DNA of 63,736 nucleotides, filler included, from Octopus bimaculoides (taxonomy: Eukaryota), in NCBI RefSeq assembly GCF_001194135.2. It is 4 parts of 4 records of this genome, joined end to end, with 100 filler letters (N's around TTAATTAATTAA, not from the genome) between each part and the next. Parts side by side here need not be neighbours in the genome. Positions count along the whole stretch, not along the records: positions 17,985 to 40,510 come from NC_069000.1; 3 more parts are not named here. One strand, given 5' to 3'. The position numbers and the translations under genes are program-made. The stretch's first letter is position 1. Every line of letters begins with the position of its first letter. Under the pieces are notes generated by a model. It saw only the letters and a list, made by a program, of their open reading frames with translations, was not told the origin of the DNA and ran no database searches. This document shows positions 24,805-38,810 of this stretch, piece by piece.

Positions 24805-25559
24805 ATATGTGTGTGATAACGATCTCTTGGACACCAGTGAGCAACTGTACGGGTGCAACTGTTGTCTATGAGTGTATCTTGCAACATGTCCGACCTTGCA
24901 GAATTTGCGCTTCCGGTATTTTGTAATCACCTCGTTCGCTCCGCGACAGACAGACAGACAGACAGACAGACAGATTGATAGATAGATAGATAGATATACA
25001 TTCACATGCTCACACATTTACGTGTGTTTGTGTTTGTGTGGTTGTGTATGCGTTTATGTATGAGTATGTAGTTATGTGTGTATTTATGTAACTGTGTGTG
25101 TGTGTGTAGGCAATTGTATGAGTTCTGTATGCGTGTGCGTGTTTGTGTGTGTGTGTGTATACCGCAGTTCTGAGGTGAAGGTCTGACAGTCGTTTGTTCT
25201 TTACAGTTGTTGTTGTTGTTGTTTCCAGCAAATCCTGACCTTGGTGATAGATGTCAGCACTGGTCTGATTTCAGAACGAGGCTGTATTCTTGGCCGGTGG
25301 TCGTGGTGGATCGGAGATGAGGAGGGCGGACGAGTGGAGGTGAGGTGGGTGAGTAATCAGAGGGGAGAGGAAGAGTAGAGAGTAGTGAGAGGGAGAGAGA
25401 GAGGAGAAAGTGAGTGATAGTGTGAGTGAGAGAGTGGGAGGCAAGGAGGAGGATAATAAGAGAAATGGAACAGAGAGAGTTAGAGGAGTAGGCAGAGGGT
25501 GGGAGGAAGGGGTGGTTGTGGGTATGGGAGTAGGGGAGACATGCGTTGGCAGACGAGAG

Positions 25560-25560
25560 T

Positions 25561-25604
<44 letters not shown>

Positions 25605-25735
25605 GAAGAAAGAAAGAAAGAAACAAACAAACAAACAAACAAACAAAGAAAAACGGAAAAAGAGGTAGAAAGAACCAGAGAGTGAGACAGCGATGTTGTC
25701 AGAAAGGAGAAGATAGACAGATAGAATAGAGGGGG

Positions 25736-25779
<44 letters not shown>

Positions 25780-26190
25780 AGGAGAGGCAGGGAGAGAGTG
25801 CAAGAGAGCGAGAGGGAGAGTGTAAAAGCGAGAGAGAGAGAGGGGGGAGAGAGACGGTGAAAAGTAAAAGATAAGGAATGAGAAAGACAGGAATGAAAAG
25901 GGGACGAGATAAAAGAGGAAGACGAGAAGGAGTAGAGGGGGGAGGGGGAGATAATAGAAATGTGATGACATGTAAATATAATGGAAGCGATTAAGAGAAA
26001 GAAAGGGAAAAAAAGAAAGAGAAAGGAAAGAAAGAAGGAAAGAAAATGGAAAGGAGAAAATAAAGAAGGAATGGAAGAAGGAAAAAGAAAACCAATGAAA
26101 GAAAGAAAGAAAGAATGAGCGAAAAAAAGGAAAAGAAAAAGCAAAAAGGAAAGAAAACAAAAGATTCAGACAAAAATGAAAAGACGAATA
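25560..26190 (+). repeat. Polypurine tract ((GAAA)n, (GA)n); similar tracts at 39540-40020 and 51670-51890
   Basis: Almost exclusively A/G on +. Confidence 0.9.
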
Positions 26191-26194
26191 CAGA

Positions 26195-27263
<1,069 letters not shown>

Positions 27264-27585
27264 AATACACATATAAGTATATATATATATACACACATAT
27301 GAATATATATATATATACCTCAATATAGTGATATACATGTGTATGTATAATCACATAAACAGTAATATTTATTTATTAGTGCATGTTTATTTACATAAAT
27401 ACAACAGTATATGCAAGTGCATATATTTCATTTTAGTACAATGCTCAACATGTATGTATATTTAGGTTCGTACAAACTTTCTATATGTTTAAGTGAATGT
27501 ATATTTACGTTACATGCATAGTATATGTATGTATATTTGCATTACTATACATGTATGTATATATACATATATACTTATATATGTA

Positions 27586-27657
<72 letters not shown>

Positions 27658-28039
27658 NNNNNNNNNNNNNNNNNNNNNNNNNNNNNNNNNNNNNNNNNNN
27701 NNNNNNNNNNNNNNNNNNNNNNNNNNNNNNNNNNNNNNNNNNNNNNNNNNNNNNNNNNNNNNNNNNNNNNNNNNNNNNNNNNNNNNNNNNNNNNNNNNNN
27801 NNNNNNNNNNNNNNNNNNNNNNNNNNNNNNNNNNNNNNNNNNNNNNNNNNNNNNNNNNNNTTTCATTTTAGTACAATGCTCAACATGTATGTATATTTAG
27901 GTTCGTACAAACTTTCTATATGTTTAAGTGAATGTATATTTACGTTAGCATAAAGTTATAAGTTTGTATATTTTCACTTTTGTACAAACGTATAGACATA
28001 AGTGTTTTCTGACTGAGAGCGGAAGGCTCGAAACTTCAA

Positions 28040-28310
28040 GTAGCAGTTGAATACTGGGATCAATGTAATCGATTTACCCCCATCCCACTCCACCTGTCCC
28101 CTAAATTTCTGGCCTTGTGCCAAAAATTTAAAACCAATATTACGTTGTTGTAAGGTGGTGAGATAGCACAATAGTTAAAAGGCTGAGCAAAATACAGTTA
28201 TTGCCTCGTGTTCTTTACATTCTGAGGTCAAACCATATCGGGGTCAAACTTGCCTTTCATTCCAGTGGGGTCAATGTAATCAACTTGTCCCCTCTCATCA
28301 AAATTACTGG
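28040..28310 (+). mobile_element. Two tandem degenerate SINE family A copies
   Basis: ggg.tc.atgtaatc.actt... twice; spacer ttacgttgttg. Confidence 0.7.
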
Positions 28311-28311
28311 C

Positions 28312-28535
28312 ACGTGGCTAGTGTTTAAGCAGTGGCACTCACGATCGGTGCATCGCGGTTTCAATTCTAAGACAGGACTTTGCGTTGCGTTCTTGAGCAA
28401 AGTTGGTCTAATTCCCCCCTTACAATCAGGTAGGAATGTTGGCCCGCTCGCTTATTAAAGGTTAAAACAATGCAAAGCGCATTGTGACCAGCGATGTGTA
28501 ACACTATCTGGTAGTCTGGTCGGTCACGTGACATA
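28312..28535 (+). mobile_element. tRNA-derived SINE family B (CORE-like domain)
   Basis: ggcacgtggctagtg..., ttgcgttcttgagcaaag, tail ggtcggtcacgtga. Confidence 0.65.
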
Positions 28536-29129
28536 TATATGTGTGTGTGTGTGTGTGTGTGTATTTACATATATATATATGGAAGTGTGATGTGCTGCCA
28601 TATTATTCTAAATATGTAAGTGTTTATACTAATATTTACTGTTTTGTGTGCGTATGTGAATGTTAGTGTGTCCGAGTTTGCCTGTGTGTATAAATGTAGA
28701 TATGCATTGAATAATCAATGCATGCGTGTTGTGCGAATGCATATCTATATATGTGTATTTATTTCTGTGTACCATACACACACACACACACACGTTTGTG
28801 TAGAATGCAAAGGGCCACTTGCTGTAGGTCCCTCTCCAATATGACACAAACGAAGTGGGTGGGATGATGGCTGTACAACTCAGGGACGAACCCCTTCTGT
28901 CATCTCCTTGTCTCCTACTTTCTGAGAGACCGGCAAATATCGCACATCTTCAACGTCAGCGAAACCACCCTGCCAAAGAAACCACCCCTAATACCTTGTC
29001 TTTCACAGCTAACCGGCCACCGCTTCCACCTCACTCCACCCTGTCCTTGCTGTGTCTTCTGTGTGTGATGATGAGATGAGATCGGAGGGGGGCGAGGTAC
29101 TCTTAAATGTGTGTGTGTGTGTGTGTGTG

Positions 29130-29250
29130 TGAAAGTGCGTGGTTTAGCGGTTAGGGCGTTGCACTCACGATTGATTTGACCGGGTGGCGCATTGTGTTCT
29201 TGAGCAAAACACTTCATTTCACATTGCCCACCGAGTGACCGAGCGGCCAA
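29130..29250 (+). mobile_element. SINE family B 5' half
   Basis: gtggtttagcggttagggcgttgcactcacga...ttgtgttcttgagcaaaacacttcatttcacattg. Confidence 0.75.
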
Positions 29251-29253
29251 ATC

Positions 29254-29296
<43 letters not shown>

Positions 29297-29399
29297 ATGA
29301 ACTTGAAATGGACATGAAATGTAATTTATGCTGTGTGTGTGTGACATGACATCAACCCATCCCCCTTCTCTTGGCACCTGGAAAAGAGAGAAACGTGCC

Positions 29400-29442
<43 letters not shown>

Positions 29443-29856
29443 TAATCACACAGCACGAAATACTATATCATTAAGTAAAAAAAAATACAAGATGGGGGCG
29501 GAGAATTATAAATTCGGTTGAATGTAGCAACAGGGAACAGTTTGAAGTCGCTGTTGTTGATGATGATGATGATGATGATGACCATCATGGTGATGATGAT
29601 GATGATGATGATGATCATGGTGATAATGGTGGTGATTATCTTACCATTTGCAATTGAAGCAATGATGGTTAGAGTTGTGGGTGGTGGAGAGGGTCGTGGT
29701 GGGTGCTGAGGCTAACGTTTCTTGAGGCTCCTTAGAGTGGGATCGAAACCAGACGCACTTGATTCCAACACGAAATTCTTAACTACTCTGTTATACGTGC
29801 TCTCATACACGAATACTAAACACAAAGCTGCACACATTTAGTTCGCACACACATAC

Positions 29857-29887
<31 letters not shown>

Positions 29888-30389
29888 TTCAGATAAACAC
29901 ACATAGACACGCTCATACATAGTGAAGTACAGCAGGATAGATTTGACTATCATGGCGGAAACAAGCTAAAGAAATAAAAATTCACAATAATTCCTGTATA
30001 CAAGCATATCTATCTATCTATCGATCTATCNNNNNNNNNNNNNNNNNNNNNNNNNNNNNNNNNNNNNNNNNNNNNNNNNNNNNNNNNNNNNNNNNNNNNN
30101 NNNNNNNNNNNNNNNNNNNNNNNNNNNNNNNNNNNNNNNNNNNNNNNNNNNNNNNNNNNNNNNNNNNNNNNNNNNNNNNNNNNNNNNNNNNNNNNNNNNN
30201 NNNNNNNNNNNNNNNNNNNNNNNNNNNNNNNNNNNNNNNNNNNNNNNNNNNNNNNNNNNNNNNNNNNNNNNNNNNNNNNNNNNNNNNNNNNNNNNNNNNN
30301 NNNNNNNNNNNNNNNNNNNNNNNNNNNNNNNNNNNNNNNNNNNNNNNNNNNNNNNNNNNNNNNNNNNNNNNNNNNNNNNNNNNNNNNNN

Positions 30390-30422
<33 letters not shown>

Positions 30423-30707
30423 CATATATACACACACACACATATATATATACATATATATAATATATATACGTATACGTGTATACATGCATGCATATAT
30501 ATATGTATGTTTGTGTATGTGTTTGTGAGTGTATGTATGAATGTATATAAATACGTATGTATATAAATACGTATGTATATACATACATGTACGCACCTTC
30601 ATTCACATATTCAACCATGCATATGTATATACATATGTGTACGTATATGTGTGTATACATGTATAAGTTTATATATATATATATATATATATACATACAT
30701 ATAGAGT

Positions 30708-30765
<58 letters not shown>

Positions 30766-32271
30766 CACACACACGCACTCACATTTCTCCATACATATAG
30801 AGTCACACACACACACACACACGCACACACACATATATATATATANNNNNNNNNNNNNNNNNNNNNNNNNNNNNNNNNNNNNNNNNNNNNNNNNNNNNNN
30901 NNNNNNNNNNNNNNNNNNNNNNNNNNNNNACCGCCCGCCCGCCTCCACCACAAATTTTACTTCCTCTGAAATGATTTTAAAATGGCACGTTACGAGTTGC
31001 ATGTTTTGTGGTGTGGTATGGATGCTGTGGTGGTGTAGTGTGGGTTGTCGTCGTGTTAGTGGTGCTGGTGGTGGAGGTAGCGGTTTGGTGTGATGTAGGT
31101 GAGAGGTATTGGTGTTGGTGCTCTGGTACTTGTAAAAATATGAATGCTTCTGTACGAACGTACGTATATATGTATGTGTGAGTGCGCGCGCGCGTGTGTG
31201 TGTGTGTGTGTACATACAAAGATATATGTGTATATACATACATATATATAAACATACATGTTATACATGTGCATTAATGTTATGAGATGGATTGAGGTGT
31301 GCAACGCATATTTCTAAATTACTGTAAGTCACGAGGGATAGTCAGTTTTGGGCTGTCGGTGTGATACAAGCAGAAACCCCCCATGTCAGATATATCCGGT
31401 TGATTAGCAGACGTTACATTTGTTCCCCAGAGGATCAACCGTCAGAAGCATAAGCTATGTTATCGCTAATGTCACGTGCTCGTTCACTGCATTGCCCTCT
31501 GTGCGGGTGCATGCGCCTGGGTGTGTACGAGTATGTCTTCATAAAATCTAAATGCCTGAATAATACCTCAATGGAATATGAATGAAAATTTAATATCCTA
31601 GATAGAGGACTCTACAGAGACGATGGCCTTGCAAACTCACACCGCACTGGCGACCATACATAAGACATAGGAAGTATCTAATTAGCACTTTGAAAGTCTT
31701 CGATCTTAATATCATTGCTATCACTAATTAATACGGGAACTGTTAACTTCTTAGACATAAGATTAGACCAAGATAACTCTAAATATCGACTGCAAAGAAA
31801 CAGGAAATAAGAAACACGTGTACGAAAGATTCTAACCACCCTCGTCATCTATTGAAAGACTTGATAACAATATAAGTACAATGGTGTGTACCATCAATAT
31901 AAGTACAATGATAGCTGTATATCATCAGGTAAGGAAATCTACTGCCAAGCTGCCAGAATTCACGATAATACTTTAGGCTGCTGTGTATGTGTGTGTGTGC
32001 ATGCATAAACCCATCTTTCTCTCTCTCTCTCTCCCTCTCTCTCTCCCTCTCTCTCTCTCTCCCTCTATATATATATATATATATATATATCTATTTCTAT
32101 CTCTCTCTATATCTCTATATCTCTATCTATCAGTCTATCTATCTTTTTCTCTCTCTATCTCCCTCTCCACACACACACAAACACACAGATACACACACAT
32201 AATTAAATATATAAATATATATATGCATATATATACATACACACACATATGCATATATGTTTGCAGGTGCG

Positions 32272-32323
<52 letters not shown>

Positions 32324-33198
32324 NNNNNNNNNNNNNNNNNNNNNNNNNNNNNNNNNNNNNNNNNNNNNNNNNNNNNNNNNNNNNNNNNNNNNNNNNNNNN
32401 NNNNNNNNNNNNNNNNNNNNNNNNNNNNNNNNNNNNNNNNNNNNNNNNNNNNNNNNNNNNNNNNNNNNNNNNNNNNNNNNNNNNNNNNNNNNNNNNNNNN
32501 NNNNNNNNNNNNNNNNNNNNNNNNNNNNNNNNNNNNNNNNNNNNNNNNNNNNNNNNNNNNNNNNNNNNNNNNNNNNNNNNNNNNNNNNNNNNNNNNNNNN
32601 NNNNNNNNNNNNNNNNNNNNNNNNNNNNNNNNNNNNNNNNNNNNNNNNNNNNNNNNNNNNNNNNNNNNNNNNNNNNNNNNNNNNNNNNNATACACACACA
32701 CGATTCAGCGATGCAGATGAAACCTAAACAAATGAGTGTCTGCATTATCTCTCTCTCTCTCTCTTTCTCTTTCTCTTTCTTTCTTTCTTTCTTTCTTTCT
32801 TTATTTATTTCTTTCTTTCTTTCTCCACATTAACGAGCAGAAAGAATCTCCTGGGGCGCAGAAAGAAGAGATGATGCGACTAAAGATGAAATAAGCATTA
32901 TAGCTGTGAACGGGTGGCGAGGGCTTGTCCCTCCCTTTAATTTAGCCTCTTAGAGAGCAGTCAGGCTGAGCCCGACGACTCCCACCCTTGCACCACCACC
33001 ACCACCTCCTCCCCCCTTCGCCCGAACTCGATCAGCTTCTCGAACGTTCTCTAAACATTTGTGAAATCTTTATCAAATTAGCAACTGGTGGATACAGATA
33101 CATACATATATATATATATACATAATATATATACATACACTTATGTGTGTATCAGAATACATTCTCGAATTTGATGGACATATAGTGGTGCGTAAGCC

Positions 33199-33265
33199 GA
33201 CTCTTTATTCATGTACCTGAAGAGACCCAGAACGGGTCGAAACGTGTGTTGTACCCAATAAAGTC
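33199..33265 (+). ncRNA. Type I hammerhead ribozyme motif (predicted GUU cleavage at 33250/33251)
   Basis: CTGAAGA 33217-23; stem II GACCC/GGGTC, loop AGAAC; GAAA 33239-42; stem III AC/GU; stem I GTAC/GTAC plus CTTTATT/AATAAAG. Confidence 0.8.
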
Positions 33266-33339
33266 TATTACACATTCCATCTCCTATTTTATTAATACTA
33301 TATATACATATATAGTATTAATACATACATACATGACGA

Positions 33340-33714
33340 CTGCTCCATCTTGACAGACGATAGCCATCCCATCAACAATCCACACATATCATCACGCAGT
33401 ACAATCACGTCGTTGGTTAGCCCTGAAGTGACTTTGAAGTCCGGCTGCTGAGCGACAAGGTCTACAGCACAGATGACAAATGTTCAGGCCTCTCGATCCT
33501 TGCTCGCTGGTATCTGATTCTAAGGAAACGCTTCTGTGAACCAGCATATGTCTCTTAAGTCCAGGTATTGTTTTACAAACCTTGTGACATATGCCACAGG
33601 TCGCAGAAGGCGGTTGGTATTTAGGGTGTCTGGAATGTCTACCCTCATGTGTTTTCATGTGATTCACACACAATACACATCCTATACTCTCCACTGATTA
33701 CAATTTTTCCCTTT
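33340..33714 (-). mobile_element. RTE-type LINE C-terminus with C2H2-like fingers and short 3'UTR
   Basis: CGICHKVCKTIPGLKRHMLVH and CHLCCRPCRSAAGLQSHFR; 3' end ggctatcgtctgtcaagatggagcagtcgtcat; 5' side lost in gap. Confidence 0.65.
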
Positions 33715-34919
33715 NNNNNNNNNNNNNNNNNNNNNNNNNNNNNNNNNNNNNNNNNNNNNNNNNNNNNNNNNNNNNNNNNNNNNNNNNNNNNNNNNNNNNN
33801 NNNNNNNNNNNNNNNNNNNNNNNNNNNNNNNNNNNNNNNNNNNNNNNNNNNNNNNNNNNNNNNNNNNNNNNNNNNNNNNNNNNNNNNNNNNNNNNNNNNN
33901 NNNNNNNNNNNNNNNNNNNNNNNNNNNNNNNNNNNNNNNNNNNNNNNNNNNNNNNNNNNNNNNNNNNNNNNNNNNNNNNNNNNNNNNNNNNNNNNNNNNN
34001 NNNNNNNNNNNNNNNNNNNNNNNNNNNNNNNNNNNNNNNNNNNNNNNNNNNNNNNNNNNNNNNNNNNNNNNNNNNNNNNNNNNNNNNNNNNNNNNNNNNN
34101 NNNNNNNNNNNNNNNNNNNNNNNNNNNNNNNNNNNNNNNNNNNNNNNNNNNNNNNNNNNNNNNNNNNNNNNNNNNNNNNNNNNNNNNNNNNNNNNNNNNN
34201 NNNNNNNNNNNNNNNNNNNNNNNNNNNNNNNNNNNNNNNNNNNNNNNNNNNNNNNNNNNNNNNNNNNNNNNNNNNNNNNNNNNNNNNNNNNNNNNNNNNN
34301 NNNNNNNNNNNNNNNNNNNNNNNNNNNNNNNNNNNNNNNNNNNNNNNNNNNNNNNNNNNNNNNNNNNNNNNNNNNNNNNNNNNNNNNNNNNNNNNNNNNN
34401 NNNNNNNNNNNNNNNNNNNNNNNNNNNNNNNNNNNNNNNNNNNNNNNNNNNNNNNNNNNNNNNNNNNNNNNNNNNNNNNNNNNNNNNNNNNNNNNNNNNN
34501 NNNNNNNNNNNNNNNNNNNNNNNNNNNNNNNNNNNNNNNNNNNNNNNNNNNNNNNNNNNNNNNNNNNNNNNNNNNNNNNNNNNNNNNNNNNNNNNNNNNN
34601 NNNNNNNNNNNNNNNNNNNNNNNNNNNNNNGGTGGTGGTGGTGGCGGCGGCGGCGGCGGCGGCGATGATGGTGGTGGTGGTGATGGTGGTCCGGTCGTCA
34701 TTGTCCTAACGCTGGTGATGATAGTGATGTTGATGGCGGTCATCGTCGTGGTGGCGTTGCTGGTGCCGGCGGTGATGGCTTTAATGATGACATTCTTTGT
34801 GCGCGCTTCGTTGCGGTTCGCAAAGAATCATGGAAATATTGTCACACGTAATAAAAATCATCAAAACCGAAATTATGCAAAGACCAAATGCGAATAATTC
34901 TTCCGACTTATGTGAGATG

Positions 34920-35296
34920 TATCGATGTCTTCGCATTCTGAGTTCAAATGCTGCCGAGGTCGACTCTGCCTTTTCGGAGTTCGATAAAATAAGTGCCAGA
35001 CGAGCTCTGGAGTCGATGTAATCGGTTTAACCCCCGTGCCCCCGAAACTACGGACCCTGTGCCGAAATTTGAAACCGAGATTACGTTGTTGATAGGCAGC
35101 CAGCTGGCGGAGTTATTGGCACCGCGGACAAAATGTTTAACTGCATTTCTTCCTTGTGGGTTCAAATCCCGCTGAGTCGACTTTGCCTTTCATTATTTTG
35201 GGGTCGGTAAAATAAGGGCCAGTTGAGCATAGGGGTCAATGTAATCGACTTAACTTCTGAAATCGCTGACCTTGTGTCAAAATTTGTAACTAATAT
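34920..35296 (+). mobile_element. Two tandem SINE family A copies
   Basis: ctgagttcaaatgctgccgaggtcgactctgcc... and ggcagccagctggcggag...gtcgactttgcctttc. Confidence 0.8.
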
Positions 35297-35797
35297 CTCT
35301 TCCCGTGTTCTTTTCTCTGTTGAAACCTTATGTATGATTGTAATACCGTCAACTAATATTATTTCTATCAAATTTTATTTCCAGTTTTATTAGCGTCTAA
35401 TTTCCATATTAATTGTTCCTAATTACGTGTACAGTATCATTAGAATACTATACTATAATGATTCAGAATGACTCCTTACAAATTCCCGGTCAACCGACGA
35501 GAGTCTTCTACTTGTGTGTCCGATGTCACAGATTGACTCCTGGTGTTCACAACATTTCCGTTTGTGTTCTAATCTGTATATATTACTGCATTTAGTTGTC
35601 TGTGATCTGCTAATCTATAGTTTCGAGTTGACAGGAATTTTCATTCTGCTGTTTTTTGTAAAATATGCATGTGTTGCTGAATACAGAATGCCTTAAAGAA
35701 ACGGCGAGTTTTTCGATAATGTAATGTTATAACCAGGTATGTCTTCCATATTTATGTTCATTTGTAAATAAATATATATATATATGTATATACACGC

Positions 35798-35849
<52 letters not shown>

Positions 35850-36710
35850 TCATAATACGTTCTAAATAGTCTTACTGGTCCCGTTATTTACATTCGTCAC
35901 CTACATCCTGTCAATTTCAATTTTAAAATCCGTGAATGTGCCACTTCCCCTCCGCCTACTTACGAGCAAGGATTTGATCAGAAGACAATAAGTTTCTTCT
36001 TCTTCTTCGTCTTCTTCTTCTTCTTCTTCTTCTTCTTCTTCTTCTTCTTCTTCTTCTTCTTCTTCTTCTTCTCCTTTATCAGCTTCCTCCTCTCACTCTT
36101 CTCATTCTTCTTACGTCTTCTTTTCTTTTTCTTTTTCTGTGTTTTCACTCNNNNNNNNNNNNNNNNNNNNNNNNNNNNNNNNNNNNNNNNNNNNNNNNNN
36201 NNNNNNNNNNNNNNNNNNNNNNNNNNNNNNNNNNNNNNNNNNNNNNNNNNNNNNNNNNNNNNNNNNNNNNNNNNNNNNNNNNNNNNNNNNNNNNNNNNNN
36301 NNNNNNNNNNNNNNNNNNNNNNNNNNNNNNNNNNNNNNNNNNNNNNNNNNNNNNNNNNNNNNNNNNNNNNNNNNNNNNNNNNNNNNNNNNNNNNNNNNNN
36401 NNNNNNNNNNNNNNNNNNNNNNNNNNNNNNNNNNNNNNNNNNNNNNNNNNNNNNNNNNNNNNNNNNNNNNNNNNNNNNNNNNNNNNNNNNNNNNNNNNNN
36501 NNNNNNNNNNNNNNNGGTGGGGGCATTCGTTTGAGATAGAAAGAAGAGATAGACTAAAAGGGGGGGGGAAATTGTGGCAGCAGAGATATTGGGAGAGAGA
36601 GGGGGAGTGGTGTTCACAATGAGTTCTTTTCGTTAAGTAGAATCTAATGCAACCTCCATTCAGCTTTTCCCTACCATAATCTAGGACCCACCACTGTCAA
36701 TCTCCCCCCT

Positions 36711-36830
36711 CCCTCCATCAGCCTCCACCAACGCCCACCACTCTCCTCCAGGTGTAACCAACATCATCCACCAACGTCTACCATCCTCCACTGACCTCCA
36801 GCAGCCTCCATCATCTTCCAGCAGTCTCCA
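36711..36830 (+). repeat. Cryptic 10-bp periodic array
   Basis: Eleven consecutive decamers end in CCA (one CTA). Confidence 0.7.
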
Positions 36831-37882
36831 ACAGCATGTCGATGAATGCAGGAAACTCATGAACAGGGAGAGAATTCTAGTGGTCAGATGCTCTGTAGGG
36901 TAAATATTAGGCATTAGAATAGGTCATAGGTGGGGGTAGACACAGTGTGGGTTTACAAGAGAGGAAGAGAAAAATATGTCGAATGGCTCGAGGGGTCAGT
37001 ATCAGGAGTCAACATATTTTGTAGAACAGAGGCGACAATGTAGTCGCTGAGTACCGAGTGCAGTGAGGAAATGTCGGTATGTAAAGTTAAGCAATATTAT
37101 GCTAATTACTCGGGAACTTTTCTGAGATGAAACCTTGGCTGTTTGTGTAAGCAGCAGCACCGTCCCTGACATGAAAATCGTATTCCATAATGGGAACTCA
37201 TTTGTTATTTATAGAGAATTAGCAACTGGTGGATGCGAACTGAAATATTTTCTGGATTTGATGAAGGAGGAGGTTTGGGGGAGTCAGCTTGGTTTGCTGT
37301 GTTGTGGGTGCAAGACAGCCCCATCACATTTGTTGTGTTTTTAAAGGTTTTTAGCTGCCTGTTTTCTTTGATTAGGGTTTAACTTCCAAAGCGTTTCCTT
37401 GATCGGTTTTAATGAAAAAATATTAGTGTAGCATAGAACACATGTAGTACAGAGTTTACGTTTGCGCCAATAAAATATATTTGTTGTGTTTGTAGGTAAG
37501 ATATGGAACCAAAACAGGAGTCCACGACAACCAGCGTGTCATCCCTCCACAGCTGCACAAAACTCCCGAAACCTCCGTGCAAAGGACCACCTATACCGTG
37601 TCTGTCAGATTCCTTGAAACCCTGGCTGTTCTTGATTCACGACAACAGAGCAATCGTCGACTTGTGTTGCTGGTCTTTGACCCATGGTGAGCGCATCTGT
37701 CCTTTGGCAGATTTTGTTTTTTAATCCAGCTGGGTTTCACAACGACTTCCTACTCTCAACCACTAAGTTAAATACACGGGGAAAAAGGGGGTCAGTTTAC
37801 TGTCTGACTGCCAGGGCCACTCGTAGGGTGTACTGGGTATACAGTTACAATTGTCAAGTCATTTGGTATAATCTGATATATT

Positions 37883-37925
<43 letters not shown>

Positions 37926-38349
37926 GCATATACGTACATACATGCATATACATATACATATACATATACGTACACGCGCATACACATACACACACGCATA
38001 TACACACACGAACATACGGTTACACCTACATACCCACAAACGCACATAGATACACGCACAGACACATAACACACACATGGGCACATACACACGCACGCAC
38101 ACACACACACACACACACACACATTCAGAATATATAAGGCTTCTACTAAAACATAGACTCGCCTTATTATTTAGCATTCTTCTTTATACGGCGAGCTGGT
38201 AGAGTCGTTTGCACGATTTCGTCCGTCGCTGCGTTTTGAGAACTACTGTATGGAAAAGAAGATCAGGTGAAAGAGAAAGTGGTAAATATTTTGGAAAGCG
38301 AAGTTGATGGATGCATCCCTCATACAGCCATACAAACAATGAATGAGTT

Positions 38350-38810
38350 AAGGTGACAGCATCTAAAGGAGAGTGGACAGGAAAACGGACCGAAACAATA
38401 CATCAAACAGCCACAGATAAAGCATCATTTCCGATGACAGGTTAATGTGTTATGTTGTAAAAGAGGGGGTGCGAACCTATACCAAAAACAATTATTCTGA
38501 CACGCAAATACACATATACACATAAATATAGGCTCAGATACTTATAATAACTCATATAATTTTTCTTAGTAATACCAGAGACAAAGAATTCAGGTGACAG
38601 GTTAAGTTATTACGTGGAATATAATGAGCGAGAAGATAGGTCGGTGCAATGCATCAAACCAGCGCACCTAGAGTTGCATTTCTGACGATAGGTTAATGTT
38701 TTATTTGGTTAACGGAAAAGTGCGAACGTATATGAAGAAACACACTTTTACAGATAAATAATTACATGGAGGCGTGTGTAGACACACACAGGGACATATA
38801 GGCACGAATA
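38350..38810 (+). repeat. Diverged tandem duplication, period about 251 bp
   Basis: catcaaac 38401/38652, ggttaatg 38440/38691, gtgcgaac 38469/38720. Confidence 0.65.

Noticed and set aside
27427-27945. Identical 85-bp repeat on both sides of a gap
   Set aside because: Most likely a redundant contig end or haplotype rather than a real duplication.
34631-34800. Pro/Thr-rich minus-strand frame running into the 916-N gap as candidate Hmx exon 1
   Set aside because: Typical degenerate GGT/GAT repeat, no eh1 motif, far side of the gap is LINE; cannot be excluded until the gap is closed.
37503-37724. 73-aa ATG ORF MEPKQEST...
   Set aside because: Short, no domain, no supporting exon structure.
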